NCBI RefSeq assembly: GCF_964204645.1
Contig: NC_134030.1
Location: forward strand, 15,562,110 to 15,626,109
Direction of reading: 5' to 3'
DNA from: Tubulanus polymorphus
Taxonomy: Eukaryota > Animalia > Nemertea
DNA: 64,000 bases
Made by a program: the position numbers and the translations under genes. Positions 50,411 to 63,200 of the stretch are shown piece after piece (the first letter of the stretch is position 1; every line of letters begins with the position of its first letter). The notes under the pieces were generated by a model, which had not been told where the DNA came from, searched no databases, and saw only the letters and a program-made list of their open reading frames with translations.

Positions 50411-51952
50411 AGGATTTAATATCTCACTACTATTGTTTATCTATTAGGAGCAGTAATTATAACTGTCCAGATAAGTCATTTCGGATTCTCGATAATAAAT
50501 CCTCAAACTGAAAATAAATTCAAAGAAACGACTGGTGGAAATACTATTTCATAAACACATATATATTATTCTACAATCATTATCGATTTCCACATTCCAA
50601 GCCGCTCCTGAGAGGAGCGGTAAGGCATGCGTGGAATGCAGGAATCAATAAAGTACAATACAACATCTGTCACTGCGATATTAACAATAGCTGAATATAG
50701 AATAATAGAAAATGCAATTAGGGTAAATATAATACAAATACAAAAAATCTATATAGTATGAAAAATTGTTAACTAAACAAACAAATCATCATTGGGATTT
50801 TATAATTCCGACCAGAATTCTTTGATTTCGGGGTAATTTTCAAACATTTTTTCGATTTCTGCCAAATGATTAATAACGGTAGACCCAATAATTGAAATTT
50901 TCAAAATGAATTTAATTTCCCAATCCCTCTAAGTTTTCTTTCATACCCGACACTAATATGTATATTTTCTTTAACCCAATTAGCCCATGAAATATTTATA
51001 GCTTGAGTCGAATGAAAAAGAACAAACCCTTTATTCAAGGAATTCCCAAAAATTATAAAATCCCAAAGATGATTTGTTTGTTTCGTTAACAATTTTTCAT
51101 ACTCGATTACCAGTAAGCCACTAATTTCTGAAAATAAATGCGCGTCTATTTCACTAAAGTTCGATAAATCTCTATGATCCAGTAATTTTGATTTTAAATA
51201 TTCGTGTAGTTCACAACCGCTCAATTTGATTCTATTTTCTTTAAGTCCTAATAATGTTTTTAAACTTGGTGTTGGTATTTTTGGTAATTCTTGTATCTTT
51301 GATTGTTTGGTTGTAATTACTTCGTCCAAAATTGACACTAATTGTTTATAATAATCCATATGTTTCCTGATTTTTTCGATATTTTTGGCTTCTATATCTA
51401 TTACAGTCTCTTGTGATGGTGTGTTGACATCCATACATTCTGGCTCCTCACTTTCTTGCGTTAGATTTGGAGTAGATGGTGGAGTTCTTGATCTGTATGA
51501 CATTTTTTTTACCAAATATCTAGAATGAAGAATAAAACTAACTTGAAGTTGTAGTTTTCAAATAAGATTAATACACTTAAACATGTTTAACGTTTCCCGG
51601 CGTCTTAATAACAACAAAAATAGTACTTACATTTATAACTGTAAACTCCTAATTGTGTTTCTAGAGAAAAATCTTATACGTTCTATATATTCCGTCTGTT
51701 CAGTTCGGATGTTGTAATGCGTTTGCGCTCAATACGCCCAGGCACTGTCTGTCTAAGCAACAGATGTTCCTTTGTGATGTAATTGATTAATCCTTTTCAA
51801 CTGAAATAGCACATTCGATCAATATTCAAATGAGGTACACCCCATTCAACTGAATATAAAATGCGGCACAGATGTTTTTTTGTACAGCTAACCTATTACA
51901 ATTACATATAGGCAGTTTGACATAGATTGAGAGTAACCGGTTTTCTAAGCGC
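50411..51952. mobile_element. ~1.5-kb insertion in element C absent from A, carrying ORF 50901-51515 (-)
   Basis: A-homologous sequence stops at ~50410 and resumes at the HNH stop codon (51953); insert is less AT-rich. Confidence 0.55.
50901..51515 (-). CDS. 204-aa hypothetical protein (probably continues past a frameshift to ~50800)
   Basis: Long ORF with a W..WV..N..IS..Y..KLR helix pattern; function unknown. Confidence 0.5.
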   Translation of the reverse strand: MVKKMSYRSRTPPSTPNLTQESEEPECMDVNTPSQETVIDIEAKNIEKIRKHMDYYKQLVSILDEVITTKQSKIQELPKIPTPSLKTLLGLKENRIKLSGCELHEYLKSKLLDHRDLSNFSEIDAHLFSEISGLLVIEYEKLLTKQTNHLWDFIIFGNSLNKGFVLFHSTQAINISWANWVKENIHISVGYERKLRGIGKLNSF

Positions 51953-52279
51953 TTAAGCTTCAACGTATTTTTCATTATGTGTTGAGTTCCATAATTCAAC
52001 AAATGTCTTTGCTTTAACCAGTTGATCTAAATATAACTGTAAATCTAGTTTATTAGATTTAATTATGTTTTCCTTCTTTTCTAAAGGTCTTAAATTTCTC
52101 CAGCTCCATATTAGCTTCTTATTATAATCATCACTCATGTCAAATTTAGAAATCGGCAACACGTGATCAATATGAGAGTATTCACCATAATTATCTATAT
52201 TCATTTTATTGTCGAATTGATATATTATCCAAAAATATATTATTAAAAAATTGTGTTAATCTAGACCTTAAACATTGTT
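51953..52279 (-). pseudogene. 3' part of the element C HNH endonuclease gene, cut by the element D insertion
   Basis: HIDHVLP...LRPLEKKENIIKSNK; homologous to 13985-14366. Confidence 0.75.
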
Positions 52280-52727
52280 AGTAATAGGGATAATAGGCTT
52301 TCATACCAAAGGTCGAAAGGTCGAGAAATTTTCCAAATGTGAAAATAACAATAATTTCTACTTGAATTAGTCGCGTACACTCCTAATTCAAGTAGAAATT
52401 ATTATTATTTTAACTTTTGGAAAATTTCTCAACCTCTCAACCATTGATATGAAAGCCCTATTACTCTTAAAATATTCATATACATGAATAAAATATAAAT
52501 GAATAACATATATAAGTAATTAGAAATTGTGGCTTTCAGATCAGAGTACGAGAGTACGAGCTCTTATAAAATAGATATATAGATATATTTTAAACATATT
52601 TCAATATTTATATTTGTATGAGTTAGATTTTTAAACATAAAAAGTGTGAGTAAAGTGTGATTGAAATAATTCATATTTAAATCATTGAACTTCTAAAATC
52701 AATTTTTAAAAGAAATTTAGTATTAAA

Positions 52728-55700
52728 ATGGAAGCAAATAAGTACTACTGTTCAACATGTAATATCAATATAGATAAATCCCAAAAAGCAAGACACAATA
52801 AAACTAAAACGCATTTAGAAAATAAATTAAAGTTAAAATATGAAGATGATATATTAGAAACTAAATTAGATGAATTAAAGAATGAAAAAGAAACATACAA
52901 ATGTGATACATGTAATCAATCATTCAGTGATAAAAGATATTATAATGAACATTTAAAATCTAAAAGCCATATTAGAAATATGAATAATGATATTTTAGGT
53001 GAAGATTATTTTGACAATGATAAGAAACATAAGACAATTTAAAGAATAAGAAATAAATTAATCAATAAAAGACCATACATGGAAGATGTAAGAAATTATA
53101 TTAATTCATTAGATAATAAAAAAGATATAGAAATAACCGAAGCATTTAAAAGTGATATTGGTCCAGCTGCTATTGAGTTTAAATTTCATAAAGGAAAAAC
53201 ATTAGAAGAAAATAAAAAACATTTAGAAAATATGAAAAATATTAAAAAAATAAATAACTGATGTTGAATACCCTAAAATTAGTATATCTTCTAAAGTAAA
53301 GTTTATAAAATCTGAAGATAAACCAATATATAATATAAATTCTCATTCACAACATATTATATCTAAACAACATATAGATGAAAAATTAGATAAATATTAT
53401 AATGAAGTAAAAACTAAAATAGAAGAGAAATATTTTGAAGGGTCTGGTTTAATATTTGATGAGATAATATTTATGACTTAAAATGTTTATAACACAAAAT
53501 ATAATAAGTTAACTAAATCAAAACCAATTGATGAAAATAATGTATAATATTATAAAGATGATAGTATAAATGGAACAAGTTATATTAAACTACCATTTAA
53601 AACTAATGCTGTAATAAATGTACAAAATTTTGATGATAAATGTTTTCTATGGACAATTATAAGTTGCTTACATCCAACAGAAGATATTACACATAGTTTT
53701 AGATTAACACATTATAAACCATTTGAAAATAATTATAAGATATATAATTATCCTGTTAGAATTAAAAATATCCCAAAAATAGAAAGAGATAATAATCTAA
53801 GAATAAATGTATTTGATTTAATCAAATTACCAAATACAAAAGGTAACAATATAAAACATTATACATTAGAACCTTTATACCTATCAAAAGATTATAATTC
53901 AAACGATGTTATAGATATACTATATTATGAGAATCATTATATGTGGATTAAACAAATAGATTTATTTTTTGAACAGAAAGTGATCACCATAATAAAATAT
54001 ATCTATGTAGAAAATGTTTACATAAATTCAGTAATGAAAGTACATTATTAAATCATAAACAATTATGTGAAAATCATGATTATTGTAAATTAGTTTTACC
54101 AAATGAAAAGGATAAAATATTAGAATTAAAAAAATATGATTACAAAAATAAAGTACCAATTGTTATATATGGAGATTTTGAATCATTAAATAAAGAATTA
54201 ACTGATCAAGATAGAAAAGAAATATATTGTAAAAGAAAGAAATTAAATTCTAATGAAAATGATTTTTCAGATGAAACACAAAAAACAAATACAATTAAAA
54301 AGATTCATCAATCAGCTGCTGCTTTTGGATTATATATAAAATCTGATTATCCAGAACTAATTAAAAGTGAATATTATCATTATAGAAATGAAAATGTTAT
54401 CAATCATTTTTTTGACTTATTAATTGAATATGAAATAAAATTTAATGAAAAGTTAAATGAAAATATAGAAATTATAATGACAGAAGAAGATAAAGAAGCA
54501 TTTGCGTTTGCAGATAAATGTTATTATTGTGAAAAGATATTTAATTATAAAGATAAAAAAGTAAGAGACCATGATCATTTGAACGGAAAGTTTAGAGGCG
54601 CTGCACATGAGAATTGTAACTTACAAGCTAAGAAAATTAATTTTGTACCAGTTATATTTCATAATCTATCAGGATATGATGCACATTTATTCATCAAACA
54701 GTTATGCCATAAAATAGAAGAAATTAATAACGAAATAGAAAGATTAAATTCAAATAGATCAAAAGATAAAATACCAACTTATAAATTTAGAATGTTAGCT
54801 AAAACATCTGAGAATTATATATCATTCCAATTTGGTTGTCTAAGATTTATAGATTCATATAGATTTTTAAATAGTTCATTAGATAACTTATCAAAATGAT
54901 TAGTTGATGATGAATTAAAAATATTAAAACAACATTATCCAAATAATGATGATTTTCAATTAATGAGATATAAAGGAGCGATTCCATATTCTTTCTATAA
55001 AAATCATAATGATTTCAATATAACTGAATTATTGAAAGAACAATTCTATGATGAATTAAAAAATGAATATGTTAAAGACAAAGTATATAATAGAACATTG
55101 AATATTTGGAATCATTTTGGAATGAAAAATCATGGACAATTAGTAGATTTATATTTAAAATCAGATGTATTATTATTATCGGATATATTCGAAAGGTTTA
55201 GAGATGTAAACCTAAAACATTTCAATATTGATCCTTGTCATTGTTATTCTATTCCAGGTTTAACATGGGATTTACAGATATAAAAATGGATTTGTTAACA
55301 AATATAGATCAATTATTATTATTTGAAAAATCTATAAGAGGAGGAGTTTCAGGTGTATTAGGCGATAGATATTTCAATGTAAATGATAACCCTGGATATA
55401 AGTTATTATATATAGATGCAAATAATCTTTATGGTTGGGCAATGGTGGAACCACAACCTTATGGAGTATTTGAAATAAGTGAAGTTTTACAGCATCAAAA
55501 AATTATAAATTTGATTGGAAGAAAAGAATCCTAGATATTGCAGATGATTCAGATACTGGTTACTTCTTCGTTGTAGACTTGGAATATCCTGAAGATAAAA
55601 TATTTAAATCTAGAAATCTAGCATACTGTCCAGAACATAAAACTGTAACACATGAAGAATTATCAAGTTATCAAAAAAGAATTAAACCCGAAAATCATAT

Positions 55701-56748
55701 TCATACAGAAAAGTTAATGGTAACTCAAAAAGATAAATATAATTATGTAGTACATTATAGAATGTTGAAGTTTTATTTAGATCAAGGAATGATTCTAAAA
55801 AAAGTACATAGATATATTTCATTTAGTCAATCTAAGTGGTTAGAAAAATATATAGATTTTAACACCAAGCAGAGAACTGAAGCTAAAACTGATTCCGAGA
55901 AGGATTTCTTCAAGTTAATGAATAATGCATTCTATGGTAAGACTTGTGAAAATATTAGAAATAGAAATGATATTGAGTTAGTTAGTAATGGTAAAAGAAT
56001 TAGGCATTTACAAACATATCCTAAATTTATAGGTAACAGAATATTTGATGAAAATTTAGCTGCAGTTAAAATGAGAAGAACATCTATGAAATTTAATAAA
56101 CCAATTTATGTTGGAGCATCAGTTTTAGAATTATCAAAATTACTAATGTATGAATTCTATTATAATGTATTACAACCTCATTTTGGAGAAAAACATATAG
56201 AAATCTTATATTTTGATACTGACAGTTACATATTAAAGATAAAAACTAATAACATAACTGATGATTTAAAAACATTTAAACATCATTTTGATTTCAGTAA
56301 TTATCCTAAAAATCATGAATTCTTTAGCAATGATAATAAAAAGCGACCCGGTGAATTCAAAGATGAATTAGGTGGTGAAGAAATGATAGAATTCATTGGT
56401 ATTCGATCTAAAATGTATTCATATAAAACTAAAGAACATGAAGCTAAAAAGTTAAAAGGAATAACCAAAAGTGTAGTAGAAAAGAATATTCATTTCAAAG
56501 ATTACATCAATTGTATATTCAATGAAGAAGTTAGAAAACATTAGATGAGATGTTCAAGATCAGAAGATCACGAGATGTTTATTGAAGAAATTGAAAAGGT
56601 TAGTTTGAATCAATTTGATGATAAAAGATATATTTTAGATGATGGAATTCATACAGTTGATTATGGTTGCAATTTAGATGAATACTTAAAATTTTAAAGA
56701 GAAGAAACAAAAGAGAACGAGATTATGAACAGGATTCTAACGTGTTAA
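52728..56748 (+). pseudogene. polB: pPolB of element D, with multiple stops and frameshifts
   Basis: ORF fragments carry the pPolB motifs; empty YFDTDS site. Confidence 0.92.
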
Positions 56749-56777
56749 TCAAATGTTAATAAAAATATGTTATTAAA

Positions 56778-57131
56778 ATGCAGAGTAAACAAACACACAG
56801 TGAGAACAACAAATTATTTCTAGATAGAATAAAAGATACTTCAAATGTCAAATCAGTAGATTATAAATTTAAGAAGTTAAAAGAATTAACAATCCATAAG
56901 AAATATCTAATTACAGATATTGTTACAGTTACTAACAAATATGGAGATAAATTAGTTATACACTTAGAATATGAAGGATTAAAAGGAAATACATATAAAT
57001 TCAGAACATATTTACCCGATAGATTTCATAGATTATCAAGTGAAGATTTAGAAGAATTATGTTCTGGAGATTTCTATTTCGTATACAAAGGTAAGAATGA
57101 AAAAGGGCACCATGAAATAGATTTCGAATAA
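56778..57131 (+). CDS. 117-aa hypothetical protein
   Basis: Intact homolog of 23372-23725. Confidence 0.65.
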   Translation: MQSKQTHSENNKLFLDRIKDTSNVKSVDYKFKKLKELTIHKKYLITDIVTVTNKYGDKLVIHLEYEGLKGNTYKFRTYLPDRFHRLSSEDLEELCSGDFYFVYKGKNEKGHHEIDFE

Positions 57132-57148
57132 GAAAATATGTAAAATAA

Positions 57149-58006
57149 ATGGTAGAATTAAAAGAATACAGAATATTTGTTGATTCTAGAAGACTTACAA
57201 ATTATAAATCACATAATTTACTTGTACAGTTAGATAGAGAATTCAAGAATTGTGTTGATTTAAAATTAGTTAATATAAGTTTATGTAATTCTTTTTATAA
57301 TATATCGAATAGAACTATTGAACATAGAGCCTTTTTAATTCTTGATAAAGGTAAAAATGAATGGTCTTATATATATTTAAAACCGGGGTTATATAATTTA
57401 GATACATTAGCACAAGAAATTAATAGAAAAGCCTTGCACAAATTAGGTAGTAACTCCGGGTTTAGTATTAGATTTTTAAAAAGTGATTGTTCTGATAGAA
57501 TAAAGATAAGGTTGTCTAATAGTGAAAAACATAAATTTATGGTAAAAAAACCTATAGCTAAACTGTTAGGAATTCTTCCAGATAGATCTTTTAAAAATAT
57601 TGATGCTGTTACACCAAACTTAATACCTTACACGCATTTTTATATTTATTGCAATTTAATCGATCCTACAAAAACATTCGAAGCAACTAAAGATATAACT
57701 TGTAATTCTGGTTTATTAAACATTTTACCATTGAAGAATGTTAAAGAATTTGGAACACAAATAAATTATAATTTAACAGAATGTGATTTCAAACCATGCA
57801 TTCCTCGTTTTAATAATTTTAGATTAGAAATTAGAAATCACAATGGATACTTAATTGATTTAAATAATTTAGAAATATTTAAAATGGGAAGTGTTAATGT
57901 TGATAAATTTGATATCAATGATATTCTAAAATTAACATTAGCAGTTACTTTATCTAATTTAACTATTGATTATTTGGAAAAACAAAAATATATTCCTCCT
58001 ATATAA
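57149..58006 (+). CDS. Minor capsid protein fused in frame (by deletion) to the C-terminus of the 73-aa protein
   Basis: mCP up to IDLNN, then IFKMGSVNVDKF...KYIPPI. Confidence 0.7.
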   Translation: MVELKEYRIFVDSRRLTNYKSHNLLVQLDREFKNCVDLKLVNISLCNSFYNISNRTIEHRAFLILDKGKNEWSYIYLKPGLYNLDTLAQEINRKALHKLGSNSGFSIRFLKSDCSDRIKIRLSNSEKHKFMVKKPIAKLLGILPDRSFKNIDAVTPNLIPYTHFYIYCNLIDPTKTFEATKDITCNSGLLNILPLKNVKEFGTQINYNLTECDFKPCIPRFNNFRLEIRNHNGYLIDLNNLEIFKMGSVNVDKFDINDILKLTLAVTLSNLTIDYLEKQKYIPPI

Positions 58007-58030
58007 ATGCATAATTATTTTACTAAATAA

Positions 58031-58444
58031 ATGGCTTCTGCAGTTATAACTATTATAGGATCGGCAATTGTTAACGCTTTAGCATTTACTGGTGGTGGTT
58101 ATTTATCTAAACATATTGATAAAAATGGATCATTAACAGAACAAAAAAGACATAACTTAGCATTAGAGAAATACAATAAAGATTCAGAAGAATATAGAGA
58201 AAAAAGGCAAAACTATATTAACAAGGAATTATATGATCAGAAGATTTCACATAGAGATTTTCAATCAGTTGATGATGCAATGAGTTTATATAACGCGGTA
58301 ACCAATAGAGAAAAATTACATCTATACAAACCTAATTTATCAGATTATTATACCCCAAGTAAAGAACAACAGAAATATGAAATAATATGGATTTTAGGCG
58401 GAACTGTTATTGTTATATTTGTAGCGTATAGATTTACTAATTAG
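58031..58444 (+). CDS. 137-aa membrane-associated hypothetical protein
   Basis: Hydrophobic N- and C-termini; homologs in A and C. Confidence 0.68.
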   Translation: MASAVITIIGSAIVNALAFTGGGYLSKHIDKNGSLTEQKRHNLALEKYNKDSEEYREKRQNYINKELYDQKISHRDFQSVDDAMSLYNAVTNREKLHLYKPNLSDYYTPSKEQQKYEIIWILGGTVIVIFVAYRFTN

Positions 58445-58464
58445 TTACTTTTTTTGCTAAATAA

Positions 58465-58889
58465 ATGGATGGTAATATTGATATTATACCTCATGATATA
58501 AATAAAACTAAATTAGAAATATATTTAGAAAAACAAATATTAGAATTTGAAAGTGACTTAAAGATAAAAAAGAAAAAATATTTAAAAAGTAAAATTATAT
58601 ATTATTTTATTATAAGTGGTTCGGTTACAATTAGTTCTGTAATAACATTTTAGCAATATTCAGTCCATTAACACCTCTAGCTATATCGATTGGTGTATTA
58701 GGATTAAGTTCAAGTGTATTAACTGGTATAAGTTCAAAATTAAATATAAAAAGTAATAAAGAAAAAATTAAAACTAATATAAAAGAAATTAATAAATTGA
58801 AGAATACACTAGATTATATAATAAGTTTAAATGGCCATATAACAGTTGAAGAACAAGATAAATTATTAAAAGAATTAATAAATTATTAG
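58465..58889 (+). pseudogene. Two-TM hypothetical protein, frameshifted
   Basis: Homolog of 42216-42650. Confidence 0.62.
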
Positions 58890-58916
58890 TTAATTATTAA
58901 TTTTTTAATTATATAA

Positions 58917-60195
58917 ATGGGGTTTCCAAAAGCTTTCCAATATAATAAATCAATTAAATATAATATTCCTGCAATAGATTTTTAAAAAAATATTACATAT
59001 AAAAATTTAGTTTTAAATTCATTAACTAATTTAGAAATTTATGTTACTGAATCACAGTTTTTATTTCTAAAATGGAAAATATATTTAATACATATGAAGT
59101 TACTTTTACTCGAGATGAATATCATATATATAAAGTAAAATCTAATATGAAATATTGGCAGAATCAATTAAATTTTGCTGTTTATTGTGCGACAACTGGT
59201 TGTGGTATAAGTTGGAATGATCATTGAAATAACTTAGATAAAAATTTGAATTATTCTGATTTAAAATTAATTCACACAATATTTAGATTTCACACATATT
59301 TTCAAATCAGAATAATATCAAATGAATTAGAATGTCCTTTACCCGGATCTAAATATTTTAAAGAATTGGATAATAATATTAATCTATCTAAGTTTTATAA
59401 AATATGTAATGAATTTAATATGAATATTAAATCCAATTGCAAGGTATTGGTGAAGAGTATGAAATAAAAAGAATTGATTATATGCATAGAATTTCAGCTT
59501 ATCATAATTATAAAATTGATAATAATAATGGTTGGATTAATTTCATTTTAGAAAATAGTGTAGGTTTTACTAAAGCTGGAATACAAAGAATAAATCAATC
59601 TATTAGAACTTATTTGATATGTATTCTAGGTGCGCAAGTTGAAACAAGATCACCAATAGTTGGAAATAACACTTCATTCGATGCGCAGAAACAATTCAAA
59701 GTATTATTTGAAGATTCAATTCATAATGATAAAAATAGATCGATTCCAGAAAACATTGTAAGATATCAAAATTATTTAGATAAATCACATATTAGATTAA
59801 ATAATGGTATAGGCCCTAATCTATTAATTATTTCTAATGATTTAGTATTAAAGATGGGAAATATAATTGGTTATAATAATTTAATTAAAACTGCAACAAT
59901 AAATAATTCATTTGGATTGAATGATATAAATAAAAAGATTATTACTGCTCCAAAATTAATGGAAGGTGAAAAAAATAAAAAACATATTCAATCAACAGAA
60001 ACTAAAACTAAGAATATTAAATTGAATAATGATTCTAAAATAAAAGATTACAATACATCAGAAAATATAAAAACTGATAATATTCAACATGATATAATTA
60101 AAACTAATGATGATAATAAATCCCATGAAAATGCTAAATTAGCTATAACTTGTATAGGAATTGTAATAGGAGGAATATTATATTTTAAATTTTAA
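58917..60195 (+). pseudogene. Homolog of the 438-aa protein, disrupted
   Basis: ORFs 59246-59467 and 59437-60195 align to 42667-43983. Confidence 0.68.
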
Positions 60196-60254
60196 TTTTT
60201 TTATTTTATAGATGGAAGTAGAAAGGATTGAAATGGATCATTTAGATGAGCCTG

Positions 60255-63200
60255 AGTAATAGGGGTAATAGGCTTTCAAGCCAAAGGTCGAACGGTCGAG
60301 CTCGTAAAAAATGAAAAAACATAAAAATAATTACAATTTCTACTTGAATTACTCGCAAAACTCATAAAAATGAAAAATAAATTCTCACACGCTCGAATTT
60401 ATTTTTCATTTTATGAGTTTCACTCCTAATTCAAGTAGAAATTGTAATTATTTTTATGTTTTTTCATTTTTACTCACCCGCCCGTTCAACCTTTAGCTTG
60501 AAAGCCTATTACCCCTATTACTCTTAAAATATTCATTTAAATCATTGAACTTCTAAAATCAATTTTAATAAAAAATTTAGTATTAAAATGGAAGCAAATA
60601 AGTACTACTGCCCAACATGTAATATCGATATAGATAAATCCCAAAAAGCAAGACACAATAAAACTAGAACACATTTAGAGAATAAATTGAAACTAGAATA
60701 TAAAGATGATATATTAGAAACTAAATTAGAAGAATTAAAGGATGAAAAAGAAACATACAAATGTGATACATGTAATCAATCATTCAGTGATAAAAGATAT
60801 TATAAAGAACATTTAAAATCTATAAGTCATATTAGAAATAAGAATAATGATATTTTAGGTGAAGATTATTTTGATAATGATAACGATAAGAAACAGAAGA
60901 CAATTAAAAGAATAAAAAATAAATTAAACAATAAAAGACCATATATGGAAGATGTAAGAAATCATATTAATTCATTAGATAATAAAAAAGATATAGAGAT
61001 AACCGAAGCATTTAAAAGTGATATTGGTCCAGCAGCTATCGAGTTTAAATTTCATAAAGGAAAAACAATAGAAGAAAATAAAAAACATTTAGAAAATATG
61101 AAAGAAATAATAAAAATAATTACAGATGTTGAATATCCTAAAATAAGTATATCAGTTAAAGTAAAGTTTATAAAATCTGAAGATAAACCAATATATAATA
61201 TAAATTCTCATTCATAACATATTATATCTAAACAACATATAGATGATAAATTAAATAAATGTTATAATGAAATAAAAACTAAAATAGAAGAGAAATATTT
61301 TGAAGGATCTGGTTTAATATTTGATGAAATAATATTTATGACTTTACATGTTTATAACACAAAATATAATAAGTTAACTAAATCAAAACCAATAGATGAA
61401 AATAATTTATCATATTATAAAGATGATAGTATAAATGGAACAAGTTATATTAAACTACCATTTAAAACTAATGGTGTAATAAATATACAAAATTTTGATA
61501 ATAAATGTTTTATATGGGCTATAATAAGTTGTTTACACCCAGTTGAAGATTATAAACAACATAGTTTTAGATTAACTCATTATAAACAATTTGAAAATAA
61601 TTATAAGATAGATAAGTATCCTGTTAGAATTAAAAATATTCCAAAAATAGAAAGAGATAATAATTTAAAGATAAATGATAAATTGATTTAATCAAATTAC
61701 CAAATACAAAAGGAAATAATATTAAACATTATACATTAGAACCTTTATACCTATCAAAAGATTCTGATTCAAATGATGTTATAGATATATTATATTATGA
61801 GAATCATTATATGTGGATTAAACAAATAGATTTATTTTTTAGAACAGAAAGTGATCACCATAATAAAATATATCTATGTAGAAAATGTTTACATAAATTT
61901 AGTAATGAAAGTACATTATTAAATCATAAACAACTATGTGATAATCATGATTATTGTAAATTAGTTTTACCAAATGAAAAGGATAAAATATTAGAATTCA
62001 AAAAATATGATTACAAAAATAAAGTACCATTTGTAATATATGGAGATTTTGAATCATTAAATAAAGAATTAACAGATAAAGATAGAAAAGATATATATTA
62101 TAAAAGAAAGAAATTAAATCTAATGAAAGTGATTATTCAGAAGAACCACCAAAAACAAATACTATTAAAAAGATTCATCAATCAGCTGCAGCTTTCGGGT
62201 TATATATTAAATCTAATTATCCAGAACTAATTGAAAGTGAATATTATAATTACAGAAATGAAAATGTTATCAATCATTTTTGTGACTTATTAATTGAATA
62301 TGAAATAAAATTTAATGAAAAGTTGAATAAAAATATAGAAATAATTATGACAGAAGAAGATAAAGAAGAATTTGAGTTTGCAGATAAATGTTATTATTGT
62401 GAAAAGATATTTAATTATAAAGATAAAAAAGTAAGAGACCATGATCATTTGAATGGAAAGTTTAGAGGCGCTGCACATGAGAATTGTAACTTACAAGCTA
62501 AGAAAATTAACTTTGTACCAGTTATATTTCATAACCTATCAGGATATGATGCACATTTATTTATCAAACAGCTATGTCATAAAATAGAAGAAATCAATAA
62601 TGAAATAGAAATATTAAATTCAAATAGATCAAAAGATAAAATACCAACTTATAAATTTAGAATGTTAGCTAAAACATCTGAGAATTATATATCATTCCAA
62701 TTTGGTTGTCTAAGATTTATAGATTCATATAGATTTTTAAATAGTTCATTAGATAACTTATCAAAATCATTAGTTGATGATGAATTGAAGATATTAAAAG
62801 AATATTACCCAAATAATGATGATTTTCAATTAATGAGATATAAAGGCGCAATTCCATATTCTTTCAATAAAAATCATAATGATTTTAAAATAACTGAATT
62901 ATTGAAAGAACAATTTTATGATGAATTAAAAAATGAATATGTTAAAGATGAAGTCTATAATAGAACATTGAATATTTGGAATCATTTCAAAATAGAAAAT
63001 CATGGGCAATTAGTAGATTTATATTTAAAATCAGATGTATTATTATTAACCGATATATTCGAAAGGTTTAGAGATGTAAACCTAAAATATTTCAATATTG
63101 ATCCTTGTCATTGTTATTCATCACCAGGATTAACATGGGATTGTGGATTAAAATTTACAGATATAAAAATGGATTTGTTAACAAATATAGATCAATTATT

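Larger units (their letters stand above)
36359..52279. mobile_element. Maverick/Polinton element C (opposite orientation to A), interrupted at 52279 by element D
   Basis: Terminal hairpin 36359-36554; full gene set colinear with A. Confidence 0.93.
52280..60254 (+). mobile_element. Maverick/Polinton element D, inserted in C and interrupted by E
   Basis: AGTAATAGGG terminus with hairpin 52280-52465; pPolB through the 438-aa gene colinear with C. Confidence 0.92.
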
